In this document: positions 10,672 through 23,679 of the stretch, piece by piece
Layout: each line of letters begins with the position of its first letter
Numbering within the stretch: position 1 is the stretch's first letter
NCBI GenBank assembly: GCA_000146045.2
Contig: BK006938.2
Coordinates: forward strand, 352,001-416,000
Reading direction: 5' to 3'
Source: TPA_inf: Saccharomyces
Lineage: Eukaryota
DNA: 64,000 bases
Program-made: the position numbers and the translations under genes
Notes under the pieces: generated by a model
Databases searched by the model: none
What the model was told of the DNA's origin: nothing
Seen by the model: only the letters and a program-made list of their open reading frames with translations

Positions 10672-11583
10672 TTAATGCATCTTTTTTACAGATGAACCTT
10701 CGTTATGGGTATTGACATCGTTGCTAATGCTGACAGAAGGCACAGGCTCATTCTTGATTTTCTTGTTCACTTTCTTGTCATGTTGAAGAGCGGCATACTC
10801 AATAGCTTGTGGTGGGAGGGTTGTATCGTTGATGGCGGGAGAGTAGCCAATCTCCTTCAAAGTGTCAACCATTTGATCTCTAACTTTTTCAGCAAATTCA
10901 CCAATTTTGTCCTTTGTTAAGTTCTCGGTTGAAATAGGTTTTAAAATTCTAACAATCATACAGCCTCTGTTGAAGACCCCATATTTAGGACTTACTAAAG
11001 TACTGGTATTGGAAACAACCACTGGAACAATGGGGATCTTACCCTGTTGTGCCAAATGGAAAGCACCCTTCTTGAAAGGCAACATTGTCAGCTCACTCGT
11101 GTAAGACCTGGTACCCTCAGGAAAAACCCATAGAGCACGCTTGTTTTTCTTAACATTTTCTAAACCTTTATTCAAGGTGTCAATGGCTTCTTGCCTTTTA
11201 GATCTGTCTAAGAAATATGTACCACTCAAAGCCATGAACCAACCCAGAAAGGGGACGTATTTCAAAGACTTCTTGGCAGTAACTGTGCAACCAGGGGGGA
11301 AAATCCTACCTAACATGAAGATATCCAAGGTGGATTGGTGATTGGCAATCATAATATATGGCTTCTTGGCCAAATTCTCCTCGCCAACGACCTTGACGTC
11401 AAGGCCAAGCATCAATTTCATGACATGGTAAAAACAACGCGCAGTAATCCACTGAGCCAAATGTTGCTTACCGATTAACGTGCAAAGGATAGAGGCGATT
11501 ACACCGTAAAAGCCACAGCCTGCAAGCGCCAGTACGACCAACACGGACCTCAAGTAATACAAGAACCTACCTATCACACTCAT
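10672..11583 (-). CDS. SLC1: SLC1, 1-acyl-sn-glycerol-3-phosphate acyltransferase (LPAAT), 303 aa.
   Basis: The H(X)4D acyltransferase motif (IMIANHQSTLD) and the FPEGTRS motif are present. The first ATG at 11581-11583 gives MSVIGRFLYYLRS... Confidence 0.9.
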   Translation of the reverse strand: MSVIGRFLYYLRSVLVVLALAGCGFYGVIASILCTLIGKQHLAQWITARCFYHVMKLMLGLDVKVVGEENLAKKPYIMIANHQSTLDIFMLGRIFPPGCTVTAKKSLKYVPFLGWFMALSGTYFLDRSKRQEAIDTLNKGLENVKKNKRALWVFPEGTRSYTSELTMLPFKKGAFHLAQQGKIPIVPVVVSNTSTLVSPKYGVFNRGCMIVRILKPISTENLTKDKIGEFAEKVRDQMVDTLKEIGYSPAINDTTLPPQAIEYAALQHDKKVNKKIKNEPVPSVSISNDVNTHNEGSSVKKMH

Positions 11584-11951
11584 TATTTTTTTGCTCGAAT
11601 TCACTGACGGAGGGAAACCACTAAACTTCTCTATTGAAGAATTCCCCCTTCACCTTAAACCCTTCCTAATATAAGTATTTTGAACACCATACCATATTCT
11701 CAACAAAACAAAGGAAGCATAATTGATATCATCATTCACGAGATCCATCTCGTGACCGTGAAAAAATTTTCGTCTTCGTCTTAGTGTAATGTGTTCAGCC
11801 CAACCTCATCGCAATATCTCAAGATTTTTGAATTACAACCAAATCAAAAGCACAGAGTCGCATCTCATCGCTATGATGTATTTTTTTCTTTTTCCAAAAA
11901 ATGGGTTCTATTTGGTTCTACTGGAACTAAAGTAGCATCTGCAAAGAAGTA

Positions 11952-12779
11952 ATGTCTGAAAAACCACAACAAGAGGAGCAAGAGAAACCACAATCAAGAC
12001 GTAATTCATTTGCTGTGATTGAATTTACTCCAGAAGTCTTGGACAGATGTTTAAAGCAAGTGGAATTCTACTTTTCTGAATTCAACTTTCCATATGACAG
12101 GTTCTTGCGCACAACAGCGGAAAAAAACGATGGATGGGTCCCCATCAGCACCATCGCCACATTCAACCGTATGAAGAAATATAGACCAGTGGATAAGGTT
12201 ATCGAAGCACTACGTAGTTCTGAAATTTTGGAAGTATCTGCTGATGGAGAGAACGTCAAGAGACGTGTTCCTTTGGACCTAACTGCTGCCAGAAATGCCA
12301 GAATTGAGCAAAACCAACGGACTTTGGCTGTAATGAATTTCCCACATGAGGACGTTGAAGCTTCCCAAATTCCTGAATTGCAGGAGAACTTGGAAGCCTT
12401 TTTCAAAAAATTAGGTGAAATCAACCAAGTGCGTTTGAGAAGAGATCACAGAAACAAGAAATTTAATGGTACGGTCTTGGTGGAATTTAAGACAATTCCA
12501 GAATGTGAAGCTTTTTTGAAATCGTATTCCAATGACGATGAGTCCAACGAAATTTTGTCATATGAAGGTAAGAAACTGAGTGTTTTGACGAAAAAACAGT
12601 TTGATTTACAGAGAGAGGCCTCGAAGTCCAAAAACTTCAGCGGTAGATCAAGATCCTTTAACGGCCATAAGAAGAAAAACTTGCCTAAATTCCCCAAAAA
12701 TAAGAAGAAAAACGGCAAGGAAGAGTCAAAAGAGGACTCTTCTGCCATTGCCGATGACGATGAGGAGCACAAGGAGTGA
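11952..12779 (+). CDS. LHP1: LHP1, the La protein homologue (La motif plus RRM; binds Pol III transcript 3' ends), 275 aa.
   Basis: [77 protein letters not shown] is the La motif. It has a basic [14 protein letters not shown] tail. Confidence 0.9.
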
Positions 12780-13067
12780 TTCTTGTGTTTCTTCTGGTTC
12801 TCGTATCTCATTATCATAGCATATTAAGAATATATGTACTAACATATGTACTAAACAGAAACACAATATGAATTACAACTAATACTATATTATTTGTCTC
12901 CTTTTTTTATTAGTATTAAAAATTACCGTTACTGGTTAAAATGGAATACAGCTCATCCATTTAAAAAAAAAAAAAAATAGAATAACAATAATTAAGCAGA
13001 AAAAATGTTAACGAATATAATAAATCGATTTGTCCATTTTCATAAATTTTTTTTTTGTATTATTTCA

Positions 13068-13874
13068 TTATCTGTGCCTCAAAGCATTAACTTTTCTTGC
13101 AGTCAGAGAGAGTCTCTTGCGTGGATTATACCAACCGCCATTATCAGCCGGCATAGGGGCCGGCGTAGCATAGTTACTATCAGCTGTAATTATGTATGAC
13201 CACCCTGGTGTTACGGTAGTATGTTGATCAACGGAGTTTCTTAAAGTGTAGTAATACGTTACCTCACTGGTCGCGTACTTCCTTTTCCATGTCTTTGCTG
13301 TTACCTTAGTAGCCGGTTGGAGTTGCATGGGAGCATATTTCACAACACCTGTTTGTAAGTTGTAGGGAACGGTGAAACTCTTAGAATCAATCGTGGCACC
13401 CACATCTCCTGTGGTAATTCTTGTTTGTGCCTCTGGTGCAATGGTTATCATACTCGGATTAGCGGCTTTTGTACCAATCATCCCTTTTAGTTTAAATCTG
13501 TTAGTGTAATGAATGGTGTAACCGATAGCTGTTTGCGCAAAGACTTGTATGAAGTAAACACCGTCCGTCCCAACGGTGTTTTCTATTATCGCATTGAACT
13601 CGTTGTCTGTCAGATCACTCGCACTGAGTGTTTGAAGAGTAGCCATTGCTTCTATCATGGCATTGGTACCCGAACACAGAGTAAACGTGTATCTGACAAA
13701 ATCCTTTTCCTGTGGTGTGTTATCTGTATGCATCCACTTTACTTTGACAACAGCCTGACTTGTACCAGATAAATCATAAACTGAGTTGGGTTCTGGAGCC
13801 ACAATGGCCACATCACAATAAGCTGTTCGGAACACTACCGAACAAAATAATGTTAAGAATAATACTATCAGCAT
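13068..13874 (-). CDS. KNH1: KNH1, a KRE9-homologous secreted cell-wall protein involved in beta-1,6-glucan, 268 aa.
   Basis: An N-terminal signal peptide MLIVLFLTLFCSVVFRTAYC followed by a Kre9/Knh1 family body. The length matches. Confidence 0.85.
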   Translation of the reverse strand: MLIVLFLTLFCSVVFRTAYCDVAIVAPEPNSVYDLSGTSQAVVKVKWMHTDNTPQEKDFVRYTFTLCSGTNAMIEAMATLQTLSASDLTDNEFNAIIENTVGTDGVYFIQVFAQTAIGYTIHYTNRFKLKGMIGTKAANPSMITIAPEAQTRITTGDVGATIDSKSFTVPYNLQTGVVKYAPMQLQPATKVTAKTWKRKYATSEVTYYYTLRNSVDQHTTVTPGWSYIITADSNYATPAPMPADNGGWYNPRKRLSLTARKVNALRHR

Positions 13875-14738
13875 ACGTTTTACGTAATTGATTTTTTATT
13901 ATTGTTACCTACCTAAGAAGTCGACGTAATACTTGTATACTTTACTTTTTACTTCTGTGCAACTTTCATCGATACGTTTTTATAAATTTACGTAACTAAC
14001 TACCTCATGTAATATTATACATGAACGAGCACATAATGTCCAATGTCCCTTACATGTTCGTACTTTCAAAAAAGAAAGAAGAAAATTGGTGAAGAGGAAA
14101 TGTGCTTTTCTGTTGGAGTTGGTCAACAATATGATGAGGAAGAAGGGAAAGCCGCAAAGACTGGATTTACGCAATGGACTACATTCTCATGTGAAAAAAA
14201 GAAGTGCTGCTTCGAAGGTTCGCGACCCTTTCAAGGGACTCGCCGCGATGCAGAGAAAAAAAAAAGAAGAGATAACGTGGGGGCAGCTAAAAAAAGACGA
14301 ATCGATAATGAGTCCATGACTTGAGCCGGACGGACTTATAATTCGATTCGGGCCTAGGCTTGTACAGCTGAAATAGTGTACAATATAAGGAACTAAACGA
14401 TCGGAGACCAATCGGAGAGCCGGCAGTTGAATCAGGTGCTTCATCACTGGCATAACCTATCCGCAAACGGCTGATGCAGGTCTCAACGCCCTTCTGGTAA
14501 AATCAAAAAAAGTAAAAAAAACGGCTCATGCCAGCTTGCTTCCTGTCAATAGCGGTTGTTGATTTTTTCGCTTCATGCCTAAAAAGAGAAACGAGACACA
14601 GAGAGAAAACAAGAATCTAGATTAATAACGTAGGGCAGCGTAACAATAATTTACGCAGAAATGATGTGTATTATTAGGGCATAAATAAATAAATGTATGT
14701 ATGTGTGTGTATGTATGAGTCGGTGAATGACTTTGGTT

Positions 14739-16211
14739 TTAGTGATATGAGTAGCCACATCCTTTCCCCACGTGCTTATTTAGCCAGACGTCAACGTTCG
14801 GAAATTGCAGTCCACAATGCTTGCACTTCCCCGGCACAACACCTCTATCTTCTTTCTTGGTCTTGGGCGGGTACTCGAAATGCAAAGCCTTTAGGTGATT
14901 CTTGAAAGTATCACAGCGCGAAAAAACGCCCGTTTGATGACAGTTTATTGGCTCGAAATAGAGTGATCTAGACTTGTGTGGATACACCTCCATATCCAAA
15001 TTGATCAGAGTAGAGTTGTAAGGACACTTGAATGCACCTTTAATCTTGTATAGTGATTTCAATTGGTTTTTCTTCAGTAGTTTTGTTTCTTCGGAAGAGG
15101 ATGAGGCAGCGAGTTTATCGTTTGAGTCGTCGCTGTCGTTGTTTGCGGAGGTGCGGGCAGTGTCATCTTGATCGTCAGCACCACTATTGTTGTCGGACTC
15201 CCTTGCGTATATTTGCATAAATTCATCTTTCCAATGGCGCTTCTTGTGCCTTATCAGATCATTGTTCCTGGCAAAGCCGCGTTGACAGATAGGGCACTTA
15301 TGCGGTCTGTCCTCCGGAGTTAAATGAGTGGATTTATGCGTAGATAGGTTGGCGTAGAAGTTGTGGCAGATGGGGCATTCCTTTTTCTTTCTTTGCTTCG
15401 TTATCTTGGCGGAATCCTTTAAAGACGATGAATACCTGCTTGTATGTTCATTAGTCAATGGGGAATGAATAGACGGTAGTGCAGAGGCACTACTACTACT
15501 GTTGAGTTGCTGTTGCTGTTGTTGTTTGACGATCAAAGGTGGGAATCCACTAACGGGTAGGCTGGACACGGATTTTGATCTCGGTACGTTATCTACCGCG
15601 GTTGGCAATATACTCTGGTGTTGAGTTGGTGGTGAGGGGGTGATGGTTTTGAAACCCGTTGTGTTGTTAGGGTTGCAAAATGTTAGCTCATGTCTGTGAT
15701 GATCTAGCACTGTTCTTGGCACCGGTGATGTAAAATTGGCATGCAAGGAATTTGATCTGCCGTTAAATTCTCTTTCTGCAACTGTAATTAAATTGGTGAA
15801 GGAGGATATGGGTGGCAAAATGACATGGCTTGAGCTGTTGGATGACAGCGGTGTTGGAGAAAGGCTATGAGGGAAATAGCATTTGGAATTATGTGCCAAG
15901 GCTGTATTGTCTGTAGGCGAACTCGTGATAGACTGGCATGCAGAGGAGTTATAAGAAGAGTATGATGTAGTTAATGGGGGAGGTGGAGGAGAATTCAGTG
16001 TAGAACTGAGGGTAGAGCGCGAAGACGACGTAGTACTGGACAACAATGGCAGTGATGGATCTATCAAATGGTGAATGGTGCCATTGGGAGAAGCCGTTGG
16101 GTTTGGCATTTTTTCTGGAGTATCTATAAAGGGAGGGTTTCTCCGTAAAGACATCGTCTCATGGGACATTACTGAGTCAATGCTTGATGCAAAAGATGAT
16201 GATACCAGCAT
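14739..16211 (-). CDS. STP4: STP4, a C2H2 zinc-finger protein of the Stp family, 490 aa from the first ATG.
   Basis: C2H2 fingers: CPICHNFYANLSTHKSTH and HKCPICQRGFARNNDLIRHKKRH. The track ORF starts at a TTG at 16223; the first ATG is at 16209-16211 (MLVSSSF...). Confidence 0.85.
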   Translation of the reverse strand: MLVSSSFASSIDSVMSHETMSLRRNPPFIDTPEKMPNPTASPNGTIHHLIDPSLPLLSSTTSSSRSTLSSTLNSPPPPPLTTSYSSYNSSACQSITSSPTDNTALAHNSKCYFPHSLSPTPLSSNSSSHVILPPISSFTNLITVAEREFNGRSNSLHANFTSPVPRTVLDHHRHELTFCNPNNTTGFKTITPSPPTQHQSILPTAVDNVPRSKSVSSLPVSGFPPLIVKQQQQQQLNSSSSASALPSIHSPLTNEHTSRYSSSLKDSAKITKQRKKKECPICHNFYANLSTHKSTHLTPEDRPHKCPICQRGFARNNDLIRHKKRHWKDEFMQIYARESDNNSGADDQDDTARTSANNDSDDSNDKLAASSSSEETKLLKKNQLKSLYKIKGAFKCPYNSTLINLDMEVYPHKSRSLYFEPINCHQTGVFSRCDTFKNHLKALHFEYPPKTKKEDRGVVPGKCKHCGLQFPNVDVWLNKHVGKGCGYSYH

Positions 16212-17260
16212 AGGGGAAGCCAAAGAAAAGAAGTAACAAATATTCCAAGCGCTCCAGTGTTACAGCTACTGCAAACCAAGAAAAGCAACTGACAAGAATT
16301 AGATATCCTAATCATAGGGCACCGAATTTACTTCCATGTTTTTTCCAGCTCCACTTAGAATATATATATAAATGTATAAAGACGGAAATATGCGCTTTTG
16401 AGAAATAGACAGAATAAAGAACGCACTGATGCAGCTTTAACTTTTAAGAAATGGTGCTTTTTTTTTCGCCCTCTGTTCCTCTGCGGATGGGAGCTATCAG
16501 TAGTAGAAAACAAAAGGAAACGAAGAAAAAAAATTGGAAAAGGGAAGAGTAAAACAGCGAGGAGAGCATTACGTACATAAAATAGGTTTAAGTAACCATA
16601 CCACTAACAATGCCCCTAGGAAGTGACAATCTAGAGATATCCTTGAGAGTTAGCCACGGGCCGTAAGGGAAGGAAAAGACCAATCTAGCAATAAGCGCAT
16701 GGGGGGTTTCCGACAGCCACTACCAAATTGTGTGGCAGCCAAGCGAGAATCAATGCGGCTATTTGAGATCTGTTCTTTTTCTATTCAAAGACTCGAATGA
16801 GGCCAACGAAAGAAGTAGTAAAAAAAATCCGGGATTCCCAATTCAGGTCATATCCGGCAAGACATTCCCGGATTTTATTTTCCTCAATGTGCTCGTGTAA
16901 GTGTCGGCCCGGAACTTGATTCCCCCCGGACTAATTAGAAGTTCCGAGAACGCGCGCAAGCCGTCCCGCGCGTAGAAGGCTAAAAAGCAGCCGGAGGAAA
17001 AAAAATAACGCAAATGTGGGCTCCCCTTCCCCTGTGCGGCCACGTCGTGCCTCCCCACCATTTGCCTCATATGCGGCCATTGCGTGTGGTGTTTTTTCTG
17101 CTCTTGTCACTGATTTTAACTACCGCGGGGTTTGACTAACAAGCAAATTGCAAAGCCGCGGCGGTTCCCGGAAAAAAAAAAAGGAAGGCCACGCTATTGG
17201 TAACCATGAAGTGTAAGGCGACGCAGGAGAGATGAAAAGAATGAAATTAAAAGAAATCCA

Positions 17261-17283
17261 AAAAAAAAAAAAAAAAAAAAAAA
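17261..17283. repeat. A poly(dA)23 tract (followed by GAAAAAGAAAGAAAAAGGGGG) about 490 bp upstream of the SIT4 ATG. It is a likely nucleosome-excluding promoter element.
   Basis: A23, read directly. Poly(dA:dT) tracts are established nucleosome-depleting elements in yeast promoters. Confidence 0.8.
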
Positions 17284-17770
17284 GAAAAAGAAAGAAAAAG
17301 GGGGAATAACACAGCCGCGGGTAACATGAAGCGGCGCGAGCGATACTTCCGTGTTAAGTGATATCCATCTTTCTGCGGGTAATAAGTCTAGTCAAGTCCG
17401 CTGTATTTTTTCTTTCGCTCTCGCTCTCTTTCTCTCTTCGCTCATGGAGCGGTAAAAAAAAAACATGCATATCGAGTCGAAGCCCAGCAAAATTAAAAAA
17501 AATATAGCCTTCAGTGGAAACCCAGTGATGCTCGCACACAACGTAATGGAGCATTGAAGAGCTACAGACGGTAGATAAAAAAGAAAAAGAAGCAATACAA
17601 TAGGTTATTGCATACTATCATAAGCATACAGATAAAGGAGTTCTGCACATACGGTCCCTCTTTCTCTTCCTATTATTCTTCAGTCCCCTCCTCGCTCTTT
17701 TTAGATTCGACATTACAAGGTGAAATACTATTGAAGCTCAAAAACATCCATAATAAAAGGAACAATAACA

Positions 17771-18706
17771 ATGGTATCTAGAGGCCCCGACGAATGGCTT
17801 GAAACAATAAAGAAATGCCAGGCGCTAACTGAAAACGAGATGAAACAACTGTGTGAAATGGTGAAAGAACTTTTGATGGAGGAAAGTAACATCCAGCCGG
17901 TACAGACCCCCGTTACTGTATGTGGAGACATACACGGCCAATTTCATGACTTGTTAGAGCTATTCCGTACGGCGGGTGGCTTTCCTGACGATATAAACTA
18001 CATTTTTCTCGGTGATTACGTGGATCGTGGCTACTATAGTCTGGAAACTTTTACGCTTTTAATGTGTCTGAAAGTCAAGTACCCGGCAAAGATAACTTTG
18101 GTCAGAGGAAACCATGAGTCCAGACAAATTACTCAAGTTTACGGGTTCTACGAGGAATGCCTGAATAAGTACGGATCTACCACCGTATGGAAGTATTGCT
18201 GTCAAGTTTTTGATTTCCTGACGCTGGCCGCTATAATTGACGGTAAGATCTTATGTGTCCATGGAGGGTTATCTCCCGAGATTAGAATGCTCGATCAAAT
18301 CAGAGTCTTGTCAAGAGCTCAAGAAGTGCCACACGAGGGTGGGTTCTCGGACCTGCTTTGGTCAGACCCTGACAATGTAGAGGCTTGGCAAGTTTCCCCT
18401 CGTGGTGCAGGATGGCTCTTTGGCAGTAAAGTTGCTAGAGAGTTTAACCACGTTAATGGACTGAACCTTATTGCCCGGGCTCACCAACTGGTTATGGAGG
18501 GGTTCAAGTACCATTTTCCTGAAAAGGACGTTGTAACCGTGTGGTCCGCGCCAAATTACTGTTATAGATGTGGTAATGTCGCGAGTGTAATGAAGGTCGA
18601 TGAGGATCTGGAACCTACTTTCAAAATTTTCTCGGCTGTTCCCGATGACTACATAAGAGAATCCACGGCAAACCATAATAATCAAAGAGCCGGCTATTTC
18701 TTATAA
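17771..18706 (+). CDS. SIT4: SIT4, a PP2A-related (PP6-type) Ser/Thr protein phosphatase catalytic subunit, 311 aa.
   Basis: The metallophosphatase motifs GDIHGQ, GDYVDRG, GNHE, HGG, RG and H are present. The start [17 protein letters not shown] is the characteristic Sit4 N-terminus. Confidence 0.95.
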   Translation: MVSRGPDEWLETIKKCQALTENEMKQLCEMVKELLMEESNIQPVQTPVTVCGDIHGQFHDLLELFRTAGGFPDDINYIFLGDYVDRGYYSLETFTLLMCLKVKYPAKITLVRGNHESRQITQVYGFYEECLNKYGSTTVWKYCCQVFDFLTLAAIIDGKILCVHGGLSPEIRMLDQIRVLSRAQEVPHEGGFSDLLWSDPDNVEAWQVSPRGAGWLFGSKVAREFNHVNGLNLIARAHQLVMEGFKYHFPEKDVVTVWSAPNYCYRCGNVASVMKVDEDLEPTFKIFSAVPDDYIRESTANHNNQRAGYFL

Positions 18707-18963
18707 CACGACGGCATGCCCTCCCTAACTCGACGAATAAAAATAATTTTCACAATAAAAAAAAGACTACAAAAATCAGAAACTTTTTCATTACGCCATT
18801 TGCTACGATACGATACACAACAAGCACATTCTAAGAGCATTCCATTTACTATGGTCAAAATGACCAAATAAAAAATTAAAAAAAAAAAGAAGGAATGAGA
18901 ACTAGTAACTACATATTCAACAATTGCAGTTTTCTTTTCCTTTTTGTCCTTGTCCTTTCTTTC

Positions 18964-18968
<5 letters not shown>

Positions 18969-18994
<26 letters not shown>
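18969..18994. repeat. A (TA)13 microsatellite about 260 bp downstream of the SIT4 stop.
   Basis: tatatatatatatatatatatatata, read directly. Confidence 0.95.
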
Positions 18995-19206
18995 ATACTA
19001 CTATGTTATATTACATTATATTATTATCACAATAATTATTACGTTCATCGTGCCGAAACGTCACCTCCCACGGTTTGGATCTATTGAAAGAGGGTGGAAT
19101 CCCTGATAATAAAAAAACTTTAATCAACACTCGGGAGGGGAAATATAAAAGACTGGCGCTACTTAAAGAGCTGATTCGCCAAGGCAGAAAAGCATAACCA
19201 TATTAA

Positions 19207-19761
<555 letters not shown>

Positions 19762-20229
19762 TCTGATTCATACAACTCATTGATCCGTGTTTATTTCCCT
19801 TCTCGTTCCATGTATTCTTTTCTTTTACCCCATGTTCTCTTCACCCGTTCGAGGCAGGGTTTTTCCTCTTTTTGTTATAACCACCATCTAGTCGAATGTG
19901 GTTACTCTTAATATTTTTTTGTCGGCCAATGCTTCAGCGCCTTTGTCAACACCTACTTCTTTTCCATTCCTTTCCTCTAATTAAAAATCATCTATTTAGT
20001 GTGTACGTATTAAAAACATGTCATTACATTGATATCTCATTGCAAAATTTCTCCCTTACGCACATCTTTGGTTATTATATATGATGACAGGTTCGTTCTC
20101 CGGGTAATGCGGACTTTACATATTAATTCTTTTCCCAGTATTTTAGGCAGAATATAAAAGCTTTGAGGCTTTAAGTGAGACAAAAGTCTTACCATAGCAA
20201 CACGAGGGCTCGCCGAAACTTCCATCTAA

Positions 20230-20535
<306 letters not shown>

Positions 20536-20687
20536 TTTTATATCCAAAAGCAGCAAGAATGAAAACTTGATAATATTAAAGTCATGGCCTTGTATATACA
20601 AATTAAATAGTCTCAACGGAAAATATATAAACTTTTAATCTAATAGTAACATCAGCATTTTATTTTCTTTCCTCCGTTAAACCGTAC

Positions 20688-21608
20688 TTAATTCTTGATC
20701 CTGCCTGCTCTCTCTAAAGTGTCATCAACCAAATACCAGCCAGGATAGTAATTGTCATGGTATTTGCTGAATCTTTCCTTATCCACCACGGAAATAGGTG
20801 ACGTGTTTATAGCGGAACTACGTTCGCCTTCTGCGTCCTTGCCAAATGCATGAATGATTTCCCATTCAAAATGCAAGGCTGGATTATTGGAGTCCTTTCT
20901 CAAGTGTGGGTTAGGCAATGAGTTGTTAATTCCGCCGATTGATGTGAAACCTTTACCATATAGTCCACAAATTGGCTCATTAGAATACAGTAAGAAACTC
21001 CATATATTGGTTAAGTCCCAGTGTAAGAGAGGTTGCAACCTCATAAAATCAGGCCAGTTAGAATCTGTTCTTTGAATAGGCTTTAATGCTTCACCAAATG
21101 GGTCTGTGTGTCTAATACCTATCACTATAGCTTCGGTCTCAGGGTATATCTTTATAAAATCTCTAAATGCGTCTGCCATATTGACCGATGCACCAGATTG
21201 CCTTTGTGATTCGTATAAGGAAAGGCAATATCGCTCTGAGGTTTCCAGTACAAAATTCTCTAATGTAGGGAAAGTTTCTTCTTGATCAATGAAAACAGTT
21301 GGAAGTCTTTGCATGGGGAAGCTTTGAAACTCGAAATCGAATTGGGAATTTTGAGCCTTAATGAAGAAATATTCCCATAAGCAACTCAGATATAACAGTA
21401 GTAATACCTGGCAATCTTTTCCTCCGTTGTACGAGAATGATATTTCCCCATTCAGTGGACTCCAACGTACAAAAATTTCACTTAGTAAGTATTTTCTTGT
21501 CAACCGTATCGCTTCTTGTGTACTTGCTATTATCTGAGATTTCTGGTCTATGTGTAAGTAAGAGTTTGTTATCTCATAACACATCTCAGCAGCCTTGCTC
21601 AACTGCAT
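20688..21608 (-). CDS. FAD1: FAD1, FAD synthetase (FMN adenylyltransferase; PAPS-reductase-like fold), 306 aa.
   Basis: A PAPS-reductase/adenine-nucleotide alpha-hydrolase motif (SFSYNGGKDCQVLL). The N-terminus is MQLSKAAEMCYEITNSYL. Confidence 0.9.
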   Translation of the reverse strand: MQLSKAAEMCYEITNSYLHIDQKSQIIASTQEAIRLTRKYLLSEIFVRWSPLNGEISFSYNGGKDCQVLLLLYLSCLWEYFFIKAQNSQFDFEFQSFPMQRLPTVFIDQEETFPTLENFVLETSERYCLSLYESQRQSGASVNMADAFRDFIKIYPETEAIVIGIRHTDPFGEALKPIQRTDSNWPDFMRLQPLLHWDLTNIWSFLLYSNEPICGLYGKGFTSIGGINNSLPNPHLRKDSNNPALHFEWEIIHAFGKDAEGERSSAINTSPISVVDKERFSKYHDNYYPGWYLVDDTLERAGRIKN

Positions 21609-21966
21609 ATTGTGCTCCCCTATTTGTTTATTACTTTTTGCAAATGTTGCCCTCTATACCGAGAAAGTAATATCAGTTTTTTCCACTCTCAGTCAACAAA
21701 ATCTTTCGAAGATTTTTCGAGGTTCTTTCTATAGACGGATCCTTAGGTTCTTGCTAACCAACGTGTTGTATATGAAACCCATCTCCAAATTTTGAGCTCT
21801 TCCCATCCTTTTGTTTCCTCGGACTCAATGAATTTGAAATCTGCCGAACAAGCTAACTAAAAAATAGGAAAATTGGAACAGAAGTTAAATGCGAGCAGGA
21901 ACGTTTATTAGCGCTTTTAAGTCTAACACATATATATAACACTATTTACAAGGTTTGAATAATTTT

Positions 21967-23289
21967 CTACCTGTCTCTAGTTAAATTTTTTTTGAGGCTT
22001 TTGAGATAATTTTCAACAATTAGTAAGTCATTATTCGTGTCTTTATTCCATAAAACACCTACATTCACTATTTTATTTGCGCTGGACGAAACTTCCTCAT
22101 CTGCACTGAGCTGTTCTCCTGCTTCAAGAAAGACATCCTCATTTAAACTTCTCATTTCTTTGACAATCTTATCCAATATATCCACGGTTTCAATATTTCC
22201 GATGACACCATTAACGCTCATCTCGGTAACCACACGTCTCAAGTAGCGAATCTCCTGGAAGTTTTCCCACAATAGCTGAACCAGCAAATTGTAGAAATCA
22301 ACATTACAAATTGTTAGGTACAGTGAAGCGTCCATGTTGTTTTTACATTCATTATAAACATAGGAGATCAATGTGTACTTTCTGTCTGCCGGGAAATCAA
22401 AGTCACCTAATCTAAGCGATTTGACTATAATATATGGTAAAGTCATTGCAAGCGGTTTCGGTAGTTCTGCCGGTTTATTTATACACGCACTTCTAATGTC
22501 TTCGAAAATGTTTGAAGATTCTGCATTCATCTTTAACTCTAGGTCTTTGTTCCTTTTCTTGTAAATGTCTAGTGATTGCTTTAGGTATCTTAAAAGATCG
22601 TAATCACTTTTAACAGCTTCCCTCAAGTAGTCAATGTGAGGTTCTAAAACCTGATCCAGTGTGGTTTGGTACCGAATCTTATTACCAATTTCTTGCATCA
22701 CTTCCTCGCTAAATTTGACGTTGGAATGTGCAACTGGCTGCCTCAAAGCTTCCATTCCCGAGCCCTTGCGCAGATTAAGATTCAGCAATTCTCTGTTGCT
22801 TTTATTAATGCTATTATCTTCGTCAAATATCTTTTCCAGCAAAGTTCTTGTCTGCTCACTTATCGTTTTAGTGCTAATAGCAGAAGGTTCTGCCCGTTCG
22901 TAGACATAGTCATTGCCTGCTGTTTCCTTCAGGAATTCATGGTCCTTATTTGGAAGCTTCCTTTGAGCTCTTTGACTGTGGTTAAAAACAATTTTTTCTT
23001 TTTTTACACTAGTTCCCTCGGAGTTGTCCTGTAGCCCATTGTAATACTTGTCAATTATTTTGCTAGCATTAGTGTGCCTCATGTTTTCAACCCTTGCTCC
23101 AGCTTCGAATAGTTCTCCAAATACCTTACGTTCCTCTTCGAGAGCTTGTTCAAATGTCTTTTCATTTGAAACTCTTTCTACGTTGTGAGTTTTTCTATCT
23201 TTCAAATTGGCTTCATTCAGCAAGCATCTATGGATGCAATGTATGTATCTATAGTTACAGTTTTTTAATATAGATGATGTTCTGATCAT
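21967..23289 (-). CDS. MTF2: MTF2/NAM1, a mitochondrial matrix protein that couples transcription and translation, 440 aa.
   Basis: MIRTSSILKNCNYRYIHCIHRCLLNEANL... is a mitochondrial presequence-like N-terminus. The length matches YDL044C. Confidence 0.8.
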   Translation of the reverse strand: MIRTSSILKNCNYRYIHCIHRCLLNEANLKDRKTHNVERVSNEKTFEQALEEERKVFGELFEAGARVENMRHTNASKIIDKYYNGLQDNSEGTSVKKEKIVFNHSQRAQRKLPNKDHEFLKETAGNDYVYERAEPSAISTKTISEQTRTLLEKIFDEDNSINKSNRELLNLNLRKGSGMEALRQPVAHSNVKFSEEVMQEIGNKIRYQTTLDQVLEPHIDYLREAVKSDYDLLRYLKQSLDIYKKRNKDLELKMNAESSNIFEDIRSACINKPAELPKPLAMTLPYIIVKSLRLGDFDFPADRKYTLISYVYNECKNNMDASLYLTICNVDFYNLLVQLLWENFQEIRYLRRVVTEMSVNGVIGNIETVDILDKIVKEMRSLNEDVFLEAGEQLSADEEVSSSANKIVNVGVLWNKDTNNDLLIVENYLKSLKKNLTRDR

Positions 23290-23679
23290 TGTATGGCGTG
23301 TTGTACTCTTCCTTAGTTCCCTCTTCTTCCTTTACAATTATCTCTCAAGTATAGCAAGCGTTGTCACATCACAGTTTTCGGCCTTGTTCGCCTAATTACA
23401 TTTTTCTGAATAAATACGTATGTATGCTGCGAGTACTAGATACTGTTGATAAATGGTAACATAAATACTCTAGATCGCAAAAGCGCATGGAAGTTGAGCA
23501 GTAATATAATTTTAGAGGAATATGGTTATTATACTCCCTGAGAATAAGTGCACATTGGATGGGAAAATTTCGTAAAAAAAACTCTTGTAAAGACAATTGT
23601 TTCCTTAATAGCTATTATATAATCCAATTTGGTTAGAGTTTTGTATGCCGATTATTAACGTTACCCAAAAATAATACTG

